Source: Waddliaceae bacterium
GTDB taxonomy: Bacteria > Chlamydiota > Chlamydiia > Chlamydiales > SLFE01
Reading direction: 5' to 3'
Length of the DNA: 64,000 nt
NCBI GenBank assembly: GCA_963783885.1
Contig: CAWAPJ010000001.1
Coordinates: forward strand, 32,001-96,000
Both the position numbers and the translations under genes were made by a program. This document shows, one piece after another, positions 10,040 through 21,850 of the stretch. The first letter of the stretch is position 1, and each line of letters opens with the position of its first letter. A model generated the notes under the pieces. It was not told where the DNA came from. It saw only the letters and a program-made list of their open reading frames with translations, and searched no databases.

Positions 10040-11773
10040 ATGTCTACAAATCAACAATATACCTGGGAAAACAACAAGCTCGTCGATGACGTCGATTTTG
10101 AGGAGGATGAAGCGCAAGAATTTAAAAATTTGCTTGACGCTACAGGAGAAACCGAAACCGACGAAACGGCAGCCATGGTTCCCGGTACAATCCTAACAGG
10201 AAATATAGTCGAAGTCACCAAAGACCACGTCGTCATCGACGTCGGCCTAAAATCGGAAGGAATTGTTCCTATCGAAGAATTTTCTAATCCCGAAGACATC
10301 TCCCTCGGGGAAAAAACAGAAGTTCTTCTCGACCGCGCCGAGGATGAAAACGGACAAATCGTACTCTCCAGGGAAAAGGCGGAACGGCAAAGGCAATGGG
10401 AGTATATCCTAGAACATTGCGAAGAAGGCTCGATTGTCAAAGGAAAAGTCCTCCGCAAAGTCAAAGGCGGCCTCATGGTCGACATTGGAATGGAAGCCTT
10501 CCTGCCAGGCTCTCAAATCGACAACAAACGCATTAAAAACCTCGACGAATATATCGGAAAGACCTACGAGTTCAAGATCCTTAAGATAAACATCGATCGT
10601 AAAAATGTCGTCGTTTCCAGACGGGAGCTTCTCGAGGCTGAGCGCATTTCCAAAAAAGCCGAACTTCTTGAAGAAATCGAGATCAGCGATATCCGCATAG
10701 GCACAGTGAAAAACATCACCGATTTCGGCGTGTTTCTCGACCTTGACGGAATTGACGGACTGCTCCACATCACCGATATGACCTGGAAAAGGATCAAGCA
10801 CCCTTCTGAAATGGTGCAGCTTGGCGACAAGCTCGAAGTGATGATCCTGAATATCGACAAAGAAAAAGGACGCGTCGCCCTGGGCCTCAAGCAGAAAGAC
10901 ACCAACCCCTGGGATCAGATTGAAGAAAAATATCCGCCGGGAACGAGAGTCAAAGGGAAAATTGTCAACCTCCTACCTTATGGGGCTTTCATAGAAATCG
11001 AAGCGGGAATCGAAGGGTTGATTCATGTTTCTGAAATGTCTTGGGTCAAAAACGTCACCGATCCTTCCGAAATCGTCAATAAAGGCGATGAAGTTGAAGC
11101 GGTTGTCCTTTCAGTACAAAAAGACGAAGGGAAAGTTTCTTTAGGCATGAAGCAAATTGAGCATAATCCTTGGGACGACGTCGATAAGAAATACCCTGTC
11201 GGCAGCAATATCAAAGTCGAAATTAAAAGCCTGACAAATTATGGGGCCTTTGTCGAACTCGAACCGGGCGTAGAAGGATTGATCCATATTTCGGATCTAA
11301 GCTGGATTAAAAAAGTCTCTCATCCTTCGGAACTTTTGAAAAAAGGAGACGAGGTTGAAGCGGTTGTTCTCTCGATCGACAAGGACAATAAGAAAATCAC
11401 TTTGGGACTGAAGCAGCTCAGCGAAAATCCCTGGGAAAATATTAAAGAGACAATGCCAATCGGCTCGACCGTTAAAGGCAAAGTCTCTAAAATTACCGCT
11501 TTTGGGGCATTTGTTGAACTGGAGAACGGCGTTGAAGGACTCATACATGTGACCGAACTGTCAGATCAGGCCTTCGGAAAAGTGGAAGATGTCATCTCCA
11601 AAGGAGATGAAATTACTGCAAAGGTCATCGATATTAAGCCAGAGGATAAGAAAATCGCACTTTCCCTTAAAGAATGCATGATTAAGGAAAACCAGGTCAA
11701 TCGCGATGACATTCCCCTCGGAACCCCTTCTGAAGACGAAAAGCCAGTAGAGGCCGAAAAGGAAACTGAATAA
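10040..11773 (+). CDS. rpsA: 30S ribosomal protein S1
   Basis: Six S1 repeats ([27 protein letters not shown] and others); AAGGAG RBS. Confidence 0.98.
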   Translation: MSTNQQYTWENNKLVDDVDFEEDEAQEFKNLLDATGETETDETAAMVPGTILTGNIVEVTKDHVVIDVGLKSEGIVPIEEFSNPEDISLGEKTEVLLDRAEDENGQIVLSREKAERQRQWEYILEHCEEGSIVKGKVLRKVKGGLMVDIGMEAFLPGSQIDNKRIKNLDEYIGKTYEFKILKINIDRKNVVVSRRELLEAERISKKAELLEEIEISDIRIGTVKNITDFGVFLDLDGIDGLLHITDMTWKRIKHPSEMVQLGDKLEVMILNIDKEKGRVALGLKQKDTNPWDQIEEKYPPGTRVKGKIVNLLPYGAFIEIEAGIEGLIHVSEMSWVKNVTDPSEIVNKGDEVEAVVLSVQKDEGKVSLGMKQIEHNPWDDVDKKYPVGSNIKVEIKSLTNYGAFVELEPGVEGLIHISDLSWIKKVSHPSELLKKGDEVEAVVLSIDKDNKKITLGLKQLSENPWENIKETMPIGSTVKGKVSKITAFGAFVELENGVEGLIHVTELSDQAFGKVEDVISKGDEITAKVIDIKPEDKKIALSLKECMIKENQVNRDDIPLGTPSEDEKPVEAEKETE

Positions 11774-11778
11774 TTAAC

Positions 11779-11804
11779 GGCGGCCCGGATTCTTCCAGGC
11801 CGCT
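11779..11804 (+). terminator. GC-rich hairpin after rpsA (weak terminator or pause site)
   Basis: GGCGGCCCGGA-TTCT-TCCAGGCCGCT just after the stop codon; poor U-tract. Confidence 0.45.
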
Positions 11805-11892
11805 ATAACAAACAGAGGCTGAAAGCCTTGCTTTAGGATTAAAAACTTAAATAACAATTACGGCAAAGTCCAAAGCCGGTTTTAGGAAAAAT

Positions 11893-13209
11893 ATGAATAA
11901 AGATCTCATTGCAATCTTTGAATACCTCGAAAGAGAAAAAGGTATCAAACGGGAAACTGTCATACAGGCAATTGAAGAATCTCTTCAAGTTGCAGCGCAA
12001 AAAAGCGTTAAAGGCGAAGCGCATGCAACCGTATCCATTAACTCCAAAACCGGAGATATCGAAGTTTTTTGCGAAAAAAAGATTGTCGAAGATGTCGAAA
12101 ATTCCGCTCAGCAAATCTCGCTCGAAGACGCCAGGGAGATCGACCCTGAATGTCAAATCGGACAATTTATCGATGTCGTCGTCACACCCAGGGATTTTGG
12201 CAGGATTGCCGCTCAGAAAGCCCGCCAGGTGATCACGCAAAAATTGCGGGGCGCCGAACGGGATGTCATCTACGAAGAATACCGCCATAGAATCAACGAA
12301 CTCATTTCCGGAACCGTCAAACGCTTTATCCCGGGTAGCAAACTCATCATTGACCTTGGCAAGGTCGAAGGGGTTATGCCCATTAAAGAATATCCAAGAA
12401 CAGAACATTACCGCACCGGCGACAAAGTTTTTGCTCTGCTGAAAGAAGTCCGCGACACTGACGCAGGCGGCGCCGAGGTTGTCCTCAGCCGAAGCGACCC
12501 TGAGTTTGTCAAACAGTTGTTTATTCAGGAAGTGCCCGAGATTAATGACGGAACCGTAATTATCGACAAAGTGGTCAGAGATGCAGGCTACCGCACAAAA
12601 CTTACAGTAAAATCGACAGATCCCAAAGTTGATCCGGTCGGAGCCTGCGTCGGCATGAGGGGTTTGAGAGTCAAAAATGTTGTTCGGGAACTCAATAATG
12701 AGAAAGTCGACATCATTCCATATTCCCCCGATCCCGTCGAACTTCTTCAGAACGCTCTATCACCTTTAGAAATCAGAAAATTTAGCTTAAACGAAGACGA
12801 TAAGCATATTACAATCGTCATCGACGACGATGATTACCCCGTTGTTATCGGCAAGAGAGGGATGAACGCAGTATTAAATGGCCGACTTATCGGTTATGAA
12901 CTTGAAGTTCAGCGCATTACAGACTATAATAAAAGTATGGCTGTTCAACGGCTTGAGCTCGCAGATCTCGACCATCCTGATCTCGAGAAGAAAATCGAGC
13001 CGATTCAAGGTGTCATCAACTCACTCATATTCGAACAGTTGATTGCAGAAGGTTTTGACACCCCGAAAGCTATTCTGTCCGCTAGTCATGAAAAATTAGC
13101 GTCGGTTTCCGGGATCAGCGTTGAGCTTGCAGACAGAATATTGGAACAAATCCAGAAAGATTATCTTTACCTTCTGGATAAACCATCTTCAGATGAAGAT
13201 GCAGAATAA
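11893..13209 (+). CDS. nusA: Transcription termination/antitermination factor NusA
   Basis: [41 protein letters not shown]. Confidence 0.97.
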   Translation: MNKDLIAIFEYLEREKGIKRETVIQAIEESLQVAAQKSVKGEAHATVSINSKTGDIEVFCEKKIVEDVENSAQQISLEDAREIDPECQIGQFIDVVVTPRDFGRIAAQKARQVITQKLRGAERDVIYEEYRHRINELISGTVKRFIPGSKLIIDLGKVEGVMPIKEYPRTEHYRTGDKVFALLKEVRDTDAGGAEVVLSRSDPEFVKQLFIQEVPEINDGTVIIDKVVRDAGYRTKLTVKSTDPKVDPVGACVGMRGLRVKNVVRELNNEKVDIIPYSPDPVELLQNALSPLEIRKFSLNEDDKHITIVIDDDDYPVVIGKRGMNAVLNGRLIGYELEVQRITDYNKSMAVQRLELADLDHPDLEKKIEPIQGVINSLIFEQLIAEGFDTPKAILSASHEKLASVSGISVELADRILEQIQKDYLYLLDKPSSDEDAE

Positions 13210-13238
13210 CAAATTTTGTAAAAACAAAGGTACAAGCA

Positions 13239-15686
13239 TTGGCTAAACAAACCGATAAAGAAAAAAAAGGGCTAAAACTCAACATCCAAAACAAGCAAAT
13301 TGCCAAGGCAGTTAACCTCAAGGGCATTAAAGAAAAACTTTCAAAGAAAAAAGCCTCCGAGCCCAAAGAAACGACTCCTAAAAAGGCAAATGAGAAAGTT
13401 GAAGAAGTTGATGAAAAGGAAGAAGCACCCCGCATTAAGGCAAGGTCCAAATCCGTATTCGCCGAAGAGGGAGAGGCCGCGGCAAAAACCGGAACAATAA
13501 AAAAAGAAAAAACCCCAGTGGAAAAGACAAAAGAAATCCGGGAAAAACCTGAAACCGAAAAACAGGAAAAATTGGGGCCGACAGGCAAACACATCTCCGA
13601 CATTTTGCCCCAAAAGAAAAAAAAGGCTCCAAAATCACCTGCGCAGAAAAAATCGGAAGCTACCGCTCACGCCTCCGCAAAGCCCAAAGAAAAACCCAAG
13701 GAAACCCGCCCTGCTACTGCCGAGGATGATTTCAAAAAGAAAGGGAAAAAAGGACCAAAAGGGACGAAGTTTCGCGAATTCAGGGATGTGAAAGCAAGGC
13801 CGTTCGACGCAAGAGACCGGGCCGGACTTCGCGCAGGCGAAGAGCAGTACTACCGCCATAGAAAAAAACGATTGAAAACTGCCAAAACCTCTGCCGAAGA
13901 TTCAACAATACGACCCAGTCATCTTAAAATCCGCATCCCGATTTCCGTTAAAAACCTCTCCGCTGAAATGAAAAGAAAGGCTTCCGAACTGATCGGGCAG
14001 CTTTTTAAACATGGCATTCTGGTAACAATCAATGATTTGCTAGAAGATGAGACGACAATTCAAATTTTAGGCCAGGACCTGGCCTGTGAAATCGAGATCG
14101 ATACTTCCGAGGAAGAACGTATCCGTATCACGGATAAAACGATTGCAGAAGAAATCCAGCAAGCTGATCCGTCGCTACTGAAAACAAGGGCGCCGGTTGT
14201 TACATTCATGGGCCATGTAGATCACGGGAAAACGAGTTTGATCGACAAAATACGCAAAAGTGATATAGCCGCCGGAGAAGCGGGCGATATCACCCAGCAT
14301 ATCGGAGCATTTTTAGCGCACACGCCTGTAGGAGAAATCGCCATTCTCGACACCCCCGGCCACGAAGCATTCACGGCTATGCGTCTTCGCGGAGCGAATG
14401 TAACCGACATTGTTGTGCTGGTCATAGCAGGCGATGAAGGCTTCAGGCAGCAGACAGAAGAAGCTCTCGTCCATGCTCGTGAAGCCGGCGTCCCTATTGT
14501 CGTCGCCATCAATAAATGCGACAAGCCCAATTTTGATGCCGATAAAGTTTTCCGCCAGCTGGCCGATCATGAACTCCTTCCTGAAACCTGGGGCGGACAG
14601 ACCATCACCATCAACTGTTCAGCTACGTCGGGCGAAGGCATCGACACCCTTCTTGAAATGTTGGCTCTTCAAGCCGAAGTTATGGAGCTCAAAGCGAATC
14701 CTGAAGCCCGGGCTCGAGGGACTACTCTCGAATCTGAAATGCACAAAGGATTAGGAACTGTTGCCACTGTGCTGGTTCAAAACGGAACCTTAAAAAAAGG
14801 CGATGTTGTTGTCATCGACCAATATTGGGGCCGCATCAAAACAATGCGCGACGAACATGGAAAAAATATCGAAATAGGCGGTCCTTCAACGCCTTTGGAA
14901 ATCACCGGCATCTCCGGCCTTCCTGAAGCCGGTACGGAATTTATCGTTGTTGACAGCGAAAAAGAAGCTCGCGATATTGCAGAAGCTCGAAAACAAACGA
15001 TGAGGCAAACTGCGATGCAGCGCAAAATCCCGACATTGGAAAATATGCTCGCAGAAGCCCAAAAAAACGATATCAAGATATTCAATCTCATGATTTGCGC
15101 CGATGTTCAGGGGTCGTTGGAAGCCCTTGAAACAGCACTCAATAAAATTAAATCCGACAAAGTTGAGCTGAATATCATCGCAAGAGATGTTGGAGAAATC
15201 TCTGAATCGGATATTGAAATGGCCTCAGCTTCAGGCGCCACAATTTTAGGTTTCCATACAGCAATAGAAAGCCACGCCGAGCCGCTTCTCAAACAATGGG
15301 CAGTGACAGCTAAACTTCACGATATTATCTATCACGCCATAGACGATGTCAAAGAAATGATGCGACTAACACTTGATAAGATTCCGGTTGAAAATGATAG
15401 AGGCAAAGCCGAAGTGCGCCAGATATTCCGCTCGTCTCAACTTGGGGTCATTGCAGGCTGCTATGTCCTCGAAGGTTCGATAAACCGCAATCACCGTATA
15501 CGCGTGATTCGAAACGGCGAAGAGATATGGAAAGGGTCCATTGCGTCAATTAAACGTGTCAAAGAGGATGTTAAAGAAGTTCAAAAGGGATTGGAATGCG
15601 GTATCAACCTGCAAAACTTTAACGATATACAAGAAGGCGATATTCTGGAAGCCTTTGAAATCAGCTACCTGGAACAGGATCTATGA
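13239..15686 (+). CDS. infB: Translation initiation factor IF-2
   Basis: [37 protein letters not shown]; Lys-rich N-terminus; TTG start. Confidence 0.97.
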   Translation: MAKQTDKEKKGLKLNIQNKQIAKAVNLKGIKEKLSKKKASEPKETTPKKANEKVEEVDEKEEAPRIKARSKSVFAEEGEAAAKTGTIKKEKTPVEKTKEIREKPETEKQEKLGPTGKHISDILPQKKKKAPKSPAQKKSEATAHASAKPKEKPKETRPATAEDDFKKKGKKGPKGTKFREFRDVKARPFDARDRAGLRAGEEQYYRHRKKRLKTAKTSAEDSTIRPSHLKIRIPISVKNLSAEMKRKASELIGQLFKHGILVTINDLLEDETTIQILGQDLACEIEIDTSEEERIRITDKTIAEEIQQADPSLLKTRAPVVTFMGHVDHGKTSLIDKIRKSDIAAGEAGDITQHIGAFLAHTPVGEIAILDTPGHEAFTAMRLRGANVTDIVVLVIAGDEGFRQQTEEALVHAREAGVPIVVAINKCDKPNFDADKVFRQLADHELLPETWGGQTITINCSATSGEGIDTLLEMLALQAEVMELKANPEARARGTTLESEMHKGLGTVATVLVQNGTLKKGDVVVIDQYWGRIKTMRDEHGKNIEIGGPSTPLEITGISGLPEAGTEFIVVDSEKEARDIAEARKQTMRQTAMQRKIPTLENMLAEAQKNDIKIFNLMICADVQGSLEALETALNKIKSDKVELNIIARDVGEISESDIEMASASGATILGFHTAIESHAEPLLKQWAVTAKLHDIIYHAIDDVKEMMRLTLDKIPVENDRGKAEVRQIFRSSQLGVIAGCYVLEGSINRNHRIRVIRNGEEIWKGSIASIKRVKEDVKEVQKGLECGINLQNFNDIQEGDILEAFEISYLEQDL

Positions 15687-16057
15687 CCCGGAGAACCGAC
15701 AGGCTGAATTCTTTGCTTAAAGAAGTCATATCCGATGTGATTCACAATAAAGTAAAGAATCCGCATATCAAGAAACTGGCGACTGTGACTCGTGTCAGCA
15801 TCACAAAAGACTTGAGGCACGCGAAAGTCTACATAAGCATTATCGGTGATGACAAAGAACGAGAAGAAACGTTAAACGCACTGCAATCGGCTTCAGGGTT
15901 TATTTCAACAAACGCCTCAAAACAAGTTGTCATGAGATTTTTCCCCGAGCTCAAATTCATTTTGGACGACTCTGCCGAGCAGCACGCCCGTATTGAAGAA
16001 CTCTTGAAAGAAGTACAATCAGAAAGAGAGAAAAGACAGTCAGATGATGAAGCCTGA
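15683..16057 (+). CDS. rbfA: Ribosome-binding factor A
   Basis: [25 protein letters not shown] overlap with infB. Confidence 0.96.
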   Translation: MTRRTDRLNSLLKEVISDVIHNKVKNPHIKKLATVTRVSITKDLRHAKVYISIIGDDKEREETLNALQSASGFISTNASKQVVMRFFPELKFILDDSAEQHARIEELLKEVQSEREKRQSDDEA

Positions 16058-16721
16058 AGGAATCCTCCTCATTAACAAACCCCCGGGCAAGACATCATTT
16101 TATCTTGTCAATGTTTTAAGAAAAATTTTGGGTGTAAAAAAAATTGGGCACGCAGGAACGTTAGACCCCTTCGCCACGGGCGTTATGGTCATGCTGATCG
16201 GAAGAACCTACACCCGTCTCTCCGACCGATTCCTCAAACAGGACAAGGTTTACCAGGCTGTCATCAAACTCGGAGCTGAAACGGACACTTACGATTGCGA
16301 CGGACAAATTCTCTCCACCTCTGACTACCACCCTTCCCTTAATGAAATTGAAGAAGCTCTCGCCAAATTTCAGGGAGAAGTCCAGCAAGTCCCTCCAATG
16401 TTTTCTGCCAAAAAAATCAACGGCCAAAAACTTTGCGATCTCGCACGCAAAGGAGAGCATATCGAGAGAAAACCAGTCACAGTCAGCTTAAAAACCGAAC
16501 TTATTGGATACGAATATCCCAATCTTGAGATAAAAATCTCATGCAGCAAAGGGACCTATGTCCGCTCTATTGCCTATGATCTCGGTCAAATGCTAGGATG
16601 CGGTGCCCATCTCTCTTCTCTTGTCCGCCTGCAAAGCGGTCGTTTTTCCCTGGACAGCTGCGTCAACCTAGAAGACCTCAATCCAAGCAACGCCCCGCAA
16701 TTCCTTCAGAAATCTCTATAG
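16044..16721 (+). CDS. truB: tRNA pseudouridine(55) synthase
   Basis: KIGHAGTLDPFATG, QVPPMFSAKK, CSKGTYVRS. Confidence 0.96.
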   Translation: MMKPEGILLINKPPGKTSFYLVNVLRKILGVKKIGHAGTLDPFATGVMVMLIGRTYTRLSDRFLKQDKVYQAVIKLGAETDTYDCDGQILSTSDYHPSLNEIEEALAKFQGEVQQVPPMFSAKKINGQKLCDLARKGEHIERKPVTVSLKTELIGYEYPNLEIKISCSKGTYVRSIAYDLGQMLGCGAHLSSLVRLQSGRFSLDSCVNLEDLNPSNAPQFLQKSL

Positions 16722-16762
16722 AGTCCCTTTATCATTTTATGCTGTTCAAGTATGATGGAAAC

Positions 16763-17695
16763 ATGGATGTATTCAAACAGATCGAAGATTTTCCCGAAAA
16801 AAACAAGCAGGCGGCCTTAACCATCGGAAACTTTGACGGCATCCACCTCGGCCACCAAAGAGTTCTGCATAGATTGAAAGAAGTGGCCGCAAACAATAAA
16901 GCCGAATCCATTGTCCTCACATTTTCGAATCACCCTTCAACTGTTTTAAAGCCCGAAAGTCCTACCCCTCTTCTCACGTCAACTAATCAAAAACTAGAGC
17001 TTTTAGAAAAAACAGGACTTGACACCATCATTTTGCTTGAATTTACCCAGGCATTCTCAAAGCAGACAGCTCAGGAATTTTTGGACAAACTGAGACAGTC
17101 GATGAATCTTAGGTTTTTAATTCTGGGGCACGACTCGACACTAGGCAAAAACCGAAAAGGAGATGAGGAGATCGTCAAAGGCTTTGCGAAAAGCCACGGG
17201 TTTTTTGTCGAATATCTCGATGAACTGCTCGTCAAAGGGAAACCTGTCTCGAGCAGCGAAATCAGACGCTGCATCGAAGAAGGGAATTTTTCTGATGCCG
17301 CAACGTTTCTGGGAAGAAAATATTCCATGAAACTCCCCGTCCAGCCCGGCAAAGGGCTTGGAAAGCAAATCGGTTTCTCAACAGCCAACTTCAATGTGCG
17401 CGGACTTATCATCCCTCCCCTCGGCGTCTATTCAGTCTGGCTGAAAACTAATGGCGCCTCTTATGAAAGCGTGGCCAACCTAGGCTTTGCGCCGACTGTC
17501 AAGGGAACCTCATATCCTGAGCTTGAGGTGCACGTCATTGATAAAAATGTGGATCTAAGCGATCGGGAAGTGGAAATCGTTTTTAACCAATTTATCAGGG
17601 AAGAGAAAAAATTCGAAAGTATCGATGAGCTGAAAAAGCAAATTTCACTCGACATCGAGACCGCCAAATCGCAGCTTAAGCCTGGGCAAGGCTGA
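16763..17695 (+). CDS. ribF: Bifunctional riboflavin kinase/FAD synthetase
   Basis: TIGNFDGIHLGHQ, VSSSEIR, GFSTAN, IREEKKF. Start placed at MDVFK. Confidence 0.95.
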   Translation: MDVFKQIEDFPEKNKQAALTIGNFDGIHLGHQRVLHRLKEVAANNKAESIVLTFSNHPSTVLKPESPTPLLTSTNQKLELLEKTGLDTIILLEFTQAFSKQTAQEFLDKLRQSMNLRFLILGHDSTLGKNRKGDEEIVKGFAKSHGFFVEYLDELLVKGKPVSSSEIRRCIEEGNFSDAATFLGRKYSMKLPVQPGKGLGKQIGFSTANFNVRGLIIPPLGVYSVWLKTNGASYESVANLGFAPTVKGTSYPELEVHVIDKNVDLSDREVEIVFNQFIREEKKFESIDELKKQISLDIETAKSQLKPGQG

Positions 17696-19000
17696 TTTGA
17701 TCTTTTCAATCCCCTCTTCTGTGACGTTTTTGCAGTCGGTAAGGTCAAGGACTGCAAGACCGGCGCATTGACTTCGGAGAACTTCGAGCCCTTGATCGCT
17801 TATGCGGCAAAATTGCAAATAGAGCTCGGCTAATTGAGGGCAGCTTGAAGCCACAAGGTCAAAATCATCGTCGTTCAGCTGGTCGCAGTAAGAAAGATCC
17901 AAACTCGATAGGCTGTTAAGGGACGTCAGCTCTCCAAGACTCCTGAAGGATAAATTTGTATTCCCCGATAAGTTCAGTTTAACCAGTCGTCGGCATTTCT
18001 CTATGATAAGCAAAAAAAGCTCGTCGCTAAGCCACATGCAATGGCTGAGATTGAGTTGCTTGACCGAAGGGAAATTCTCAATAAATTCCGGAGAAATACC
18101 GGATGAATTTGAAAGATCCAGTCCAATGAGCCTAGGTATTTTTCCTAGTATTGCTACAATTTCAAGACTTTCCGGAACATGCGAGCTGCAGATGAGATAG
18201 CTGATCTGTTTTGCGAGAAAATCAATTAAAGCGAGGCCCTGCACAGTTATCCGATCGACTGCCACCTGCAAGCCAATGTTATCACGAAAGTCGATGTTGA
18301 CTCCAAAATCCTGTTCATTAACAAAACGGCAGCATTCAAGTTGAAGCGGATTCAAAAATTCCCTCTGGGCCAAGCGAAGATGGGGAATAACATTTTTTGG
18401 CGTGAGATAACGCTTATACACTCCCGCAGCGTAAGCGGTCATCTCGTCCATCCCTAATTTTTGCGCCTGCCTGATGAAATTCAGGATATACTTCGGTTCC
18501 TCGCGCCACAGAAACTCGATTTTCCCTTTATAAACAAACTCTTTGATATATTCGAAAAAAGAGAGTTTCGCCTTTTGCAATTCAAGGGTTTTGCGTCCTC
18601 TTACAAGCTTTGCTTTTTTAATCAGCTTTTTAAAAAACGATGACTGAGCTCCAAACATAAAGCTCGATACTGGTATTAGCTCGTCCTCAATAATGAAATC
18701 GACATCATACTCTAGTATCTCTTGCAAAGCCTCAAATTGAGGCTGTATGGCCTGAGCTATCGCATTGGCGTCGGCATCGGGCAGCCGTCCTTCGCGATAC
18801 TCCTGGAGCAGCCATTGATAGATCTGCTTCATGAACAAACCGCCGCCCCCTAAAATCCAAGTCCTATCCTCGCAAGATTCGATAAAGAATTCGACGCCAT
18901 GTTCGCCTCCGCTCTGAACAAGTGCTTCAAAAGCCCCGTCAAATGATTCGGATTCCTTTAGATACCAGAACTTTTTGGACATAAATTGCGGCCACTTCAT
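17645..19000 (-). CDS. BTB/POZ + BACK-like + LRR (FBXL/AMN1-type) protein
   Basis: BTB core DVDFIIEDELIPVSSFMFGAQSSFFKKLI...FEYIKEFVYKG; 26-aa Cys-containing LRRs such as LSSLDLSYCDQLND. Confidence 0.82.
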   Translation of the reverse strand: MKWPQFMSKKFWYLKESESFDGAFEALVQSGGEHGVEFFIESCEDRTWILGGGGLFMKQIYQWLLQEYREGRLPDADANAIAQAIQPQFEALQEILEYDVDFIIEDELIPVSSFMFGAQSSFFKKLIKKAKLVRGRKTLELQKAKLSFFEYIKEFVYKGKIEFLWREEPKYILNFIRQAQKLGMDEMTAYAAGVYKRYLTPKNVIPHLRLAQREFLNPLQLECCRFVNEQDFGVNIDFRDNIGLQVAVDRITVQGLALIDFLAKQISYLICSSHVPESLEIVAILGKIPRLIGLDLSNSSGISPEFIENFPSVKQLNLSHCMWLSDELFLLIIEKCRRLVKLNLSGNTNLSFRSLGELTSLNSLSSLDLSYCDQLNDDDFDLVASSCPQLAELYLQFCRISDQGLEVLRSQCAGLAVLDLTDCKNVTEEGIEKIKSALPRLKLRFGGLDVE

Positions 19001-19024
19001 AGCCGCAACTATACACTATTTGAT

Positions 19025-20119
19025 TTAATTATGAAGAAAGAGGATGACATCGCCATCTTGAACGACATACGCTTTGCCTTCGGAACGCATTTTCCCTTTT
19101 TCTTTGGCTTTGACACGACCCCCGCAGACAACCATATCCTCATAAGTGATCACCTCGGCGCGAATGAACCCTTTCTGGATATCGGTATGGATCTTTCCGG
19201 CCGCCATCTGAGCTGTATCGCCCTTATGAATTGTCCAGGCTCTTGTTTCTATCTCCCCGGTAGTTAAAAACGTGATCAGGCCGAGTATATCGAAAGAATT
19301 TTTGATCAGACGATTAAGACCCGGCTCCTTAAGTCCAAGGCTTTCCAGGTACTCTTTTTGCTCTTTCGGTTCGAGCTGAGCTATCTCCTCTTCAAGTTTC
19401 CCGCAGATAGTCAATAAGGTACTCCCTTCCTTTTCGGCGTAGGCACGGACCTTCTGAACATATTCATTTTCCATATCGGGAAGTGTATCTTCGGAAACGT
19501 TGGCGACATAGAGAACAGGCTTTTGGGTAATGAATTGATAAGGGCGGAGAATTTCCTTCTCTTCTTTTGAAAATTCCATTGCTCTTATTGGCTGATTTTC
19601 ATTGAGATGATCTCGGACACGCTTCAAAAGCTCAAGGGCCGGCAGCACGTCTTTGCTACCCTTAGACTGTTTTTCCAGCTTTTGAACAATTTTATCGGCG
19701 GTTTGCAAATCGGCCAGAACCAGCTCGGTATTGATAATTTCAATATCTTTGACAGGGTCGATCTTTCCGGCGACATGGACAACATTGGGATCGTCGAAAC
19801 AGCGGACAATATGCAGAGTGGCATCGGTCTCGCGGATGTTTGCCAAAAATTTATTCCCTAGCCCCTCCCCTTTCGACGCGCCTTCAACCAGTCCCGCAAT
19901 ATCGACAAATTGCGTTGTCGCATAAATAATTTTTTGACTATGGCTGATTTCCGAAAGCTTTTCCAGCCTCGGATCATATACTTCAACAACCCCGATATTC
20001 GGGTCGATTGTGCAAAAAGGATAATTGGATGCTTCAGCAGCGTTTGCTGTTAAAGCATTAAAAAGTGTAGACTTACCCACGTTTGGCAATCCGACAATGC
20101 CACATGATAAACCAGCCAT
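19025..20119 (-). CDS. ychF: Obg-family ATPase YchF
   Basis: GIVGLPNVGKSTLFN, NYPFCTIDPN, DIAGLV, GFIRAEV. Confidence 0.98.
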   Translation of the reverse strand: MAGLSCGIVGLPNVGKSTLFNALTANAAEASNYPFCTIDPNIGVVEVYDPRLEKLSEISHSQKIIYATTQFVDIAGLVEGASKGEGLGNKFLANIRETDATLHIVRCFDDPNVVHVAGKIDPVKDIEIINTELVLADLQTADKIVQKLEKQSKGSKDVLPALELLKRVRDHLNENQPIRAMEFSKEEKEILRPYQFITQKPVLYVANVSEDTLPDMENEYVQKVRAYAEKEGSTLLTICGKLEEEIAQLEPKEQKEYLESLGLKEPGLNRLIKNSFDILGLITFLTTGEIETRAWTIHKGDTAQMAAGKIHTDIQKGFIRAEVITYEDMVVCGGRVKAKEKGKMRSEGKAYVVQDGDVILFLHN

Positions 20120-20191
20120 GCCAAATATTATAGCGCAATCACGCGCTGGAGGGAAGAGAAATATTTTTTTTGATTTTAGCAGGATGCTTTT

Positions 20192-21850
20192 ATGAATAGA
20201 ACAAACTCAGATCCAGTTGTAAAAAGTTTCTATATACCGCTCGCGAATGCAGGACGTTCCAGGTCTGAATCGGGAAATTGTTTCAAAAATTTTTTTTTAA
20301 AAACAGCATCCCCGCTTACCTCTCCTCGAAAAAAATCACCAAGGTTTAAACAACTTTTGCCTTCACAGCCTCTTATTGAAGAATTCATTCAGTTCAGATA
20401 CGGGGATTGGCAATACAGCTTTCCTTCCGAGCGTGTCATAAAAAAAGCTCCTGGGCTAGTTTCCGAAATGGCTAAAGGAGAAATCATTAGCTTAGACAAT
20501 TTGGGATCCACAGCCGCCAATCTTGCTCTGGCATTTCTCGGTAATGCCGATTTTGATTGGAAGCCTCTACCTGAAAATGATATTTTTATATGTATCACAA
20601 AACTGGGATCCGAAATGCTTCTAAAACATTATTTGTTGGATGTCGGCTTAAAGCATAAAAACTTAAACATGGTACTGAACTGTCTTTCTAAAATGCCAAT
20701 TTCCTGGATGGTAAAAGAATGCTCCGAATTCATCCAAAAGTATGCAGACGATCTGGATATAAAAACCCTCGAAAATCTTTTTAAAATCAGCGTAAAACTC
20801 AAATCCCTATCGGATCAGTTTTGCATCTTAAGAGCCATCCAAATAAAAAGGGGAATTGATGCAATTTCCAACCAGACCCTCAATCAAATGTATGCGGAAT
20901 TCAAATCTTATCTTGGATATATTGAATGTCAGATCGGGGCAATTTCGATTAATGGGGAATACATGAAGGGATGGAAGCTGCTGGATAGAATTCGGAGGCT
21001 GGTTTTTAAACAAGAATCCAATGTCAAGATCTGGGTCACCCTTACTGAATCCTCTTCGTTGAAATACATCAATCGTTTGATAGAGGAAATCAAAAATCCC
21101 GATTGCATAGTCACCCATATCCATATTTGTTCCAACACCCAAAATACAGATGACAAAATCATTCAATTAATCGAAGCTCTAGAAGACAACCCAAGCGTTG
21201 CTTTTCTCAGATTAAACGGCAATATAGGCTCAAAAACCTGTTTCGCTTTAAAATCCCTTCTGATGAAAAGGCGACTCATCATTGATTTAGATTTGTCCTA
21301 TACGCATGTCGGAGATGTAGGAATTCGATTACTTGGAGACACCTGCCAAAATCCCATATTCGAACACCTAAACATATCTCATTGCAATCTCACATCGAAA
21401 TGTCTCAAAAGCTTTCATCGATTCAATATGTCACATCTGGATTTATGTGAAAACGATCTGGGTGTTAAAGGGGCAAAAGGCGCGGCAAAAATACTCAAGA
21501 ACACGAAAGCTTTGACTTATTTCGACCTTTCGAAAAACAAAATTGAATCCAAAGGAGCCGCATACATCTTTAACGCACTAGAGGCAAATCATTCCTTGAA
21601 ATCGCTTATTTTAAACCAAAATGATATTCTAGATGACATTTCGCAGGGCTTAGGAAAATTTTTAAGCTCGAATCGAAGCATCAAACGACTTTATCTTTGC
21701 AACAATCGTTTAAACAACAATTGCGCAAGATCAATCGCTAAAGGTCTAGTTAAAAATAAAATCTTACAGTATTTGAATTTGTCTGGAAATCCGATGGGAA
21801 GAAGAGGAAAGCTTTTGCTGGAAAATTCTAAGAAACATATTATCATGTAA
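20192..21850 (+). CDS. RI-type LRR protein with possible degenerate BTB/BACK N-terminus
   Basis: 28-aa repeats (LTYFDLSKNKIESKGAAYIFNALEANHS, IKRLYLCNNRLNNNCARSIAKGLVKNKI); Ser/Pro/Lys-rich N-terminus. Confidence 0.78.
   Translation: MNRTNSDPVVKSFYIPLANAGRSRSESGNCFKNFFLKTASPLTSPRKKSPRFKQLLPSQPLIEEFIQFRYGDWQYSFPSERVIKKAPGLVSEMAKGEIISLDNLGSTAANLALAFLGNADFDWKPLPENDIFICITKLGSEMLLKHYLLDVGLKHKNLNMVLNCLSKMPISWMVKECSEFIQKYADDLDIKTLENLFKISVKLKSLSDQFCILRAIQIKRGIDAISNQTLNQMYAEFKSYLGYIECQIGAISINGEYMKGWKLLDRIRRLVFKQESNVKIWVTLTESSSLKYINRLIEEIKNPDCIVTHIHICSNTQNTDDKIIQLIEALEDNPSVAFLRLNGNIGSKTCFALKSLLMKRRLIIDLDLSYTHVGDVGIRLLGDTCQNPIFEHLNISHCNLTSKCLKSFHRFNMSHLDLCENDLGVKGAKGAAKILKNTKALTYFDLSKNKIESKGAAYIFNALEANHSLKSLILNQNDILDDISQGLGKFLSSNRSIKRLYLCNNRLNNNCARSIAKGLVKNKILQYLNLSGNPMGRRGKLLLENSKKHIIM

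Noticed and set aside
16598-16762. Long N-terminal extension of RibF in the ORF track
   Set aside because: It overlaps truB in another frame. RibF homology starts near MDVFK at 16763.
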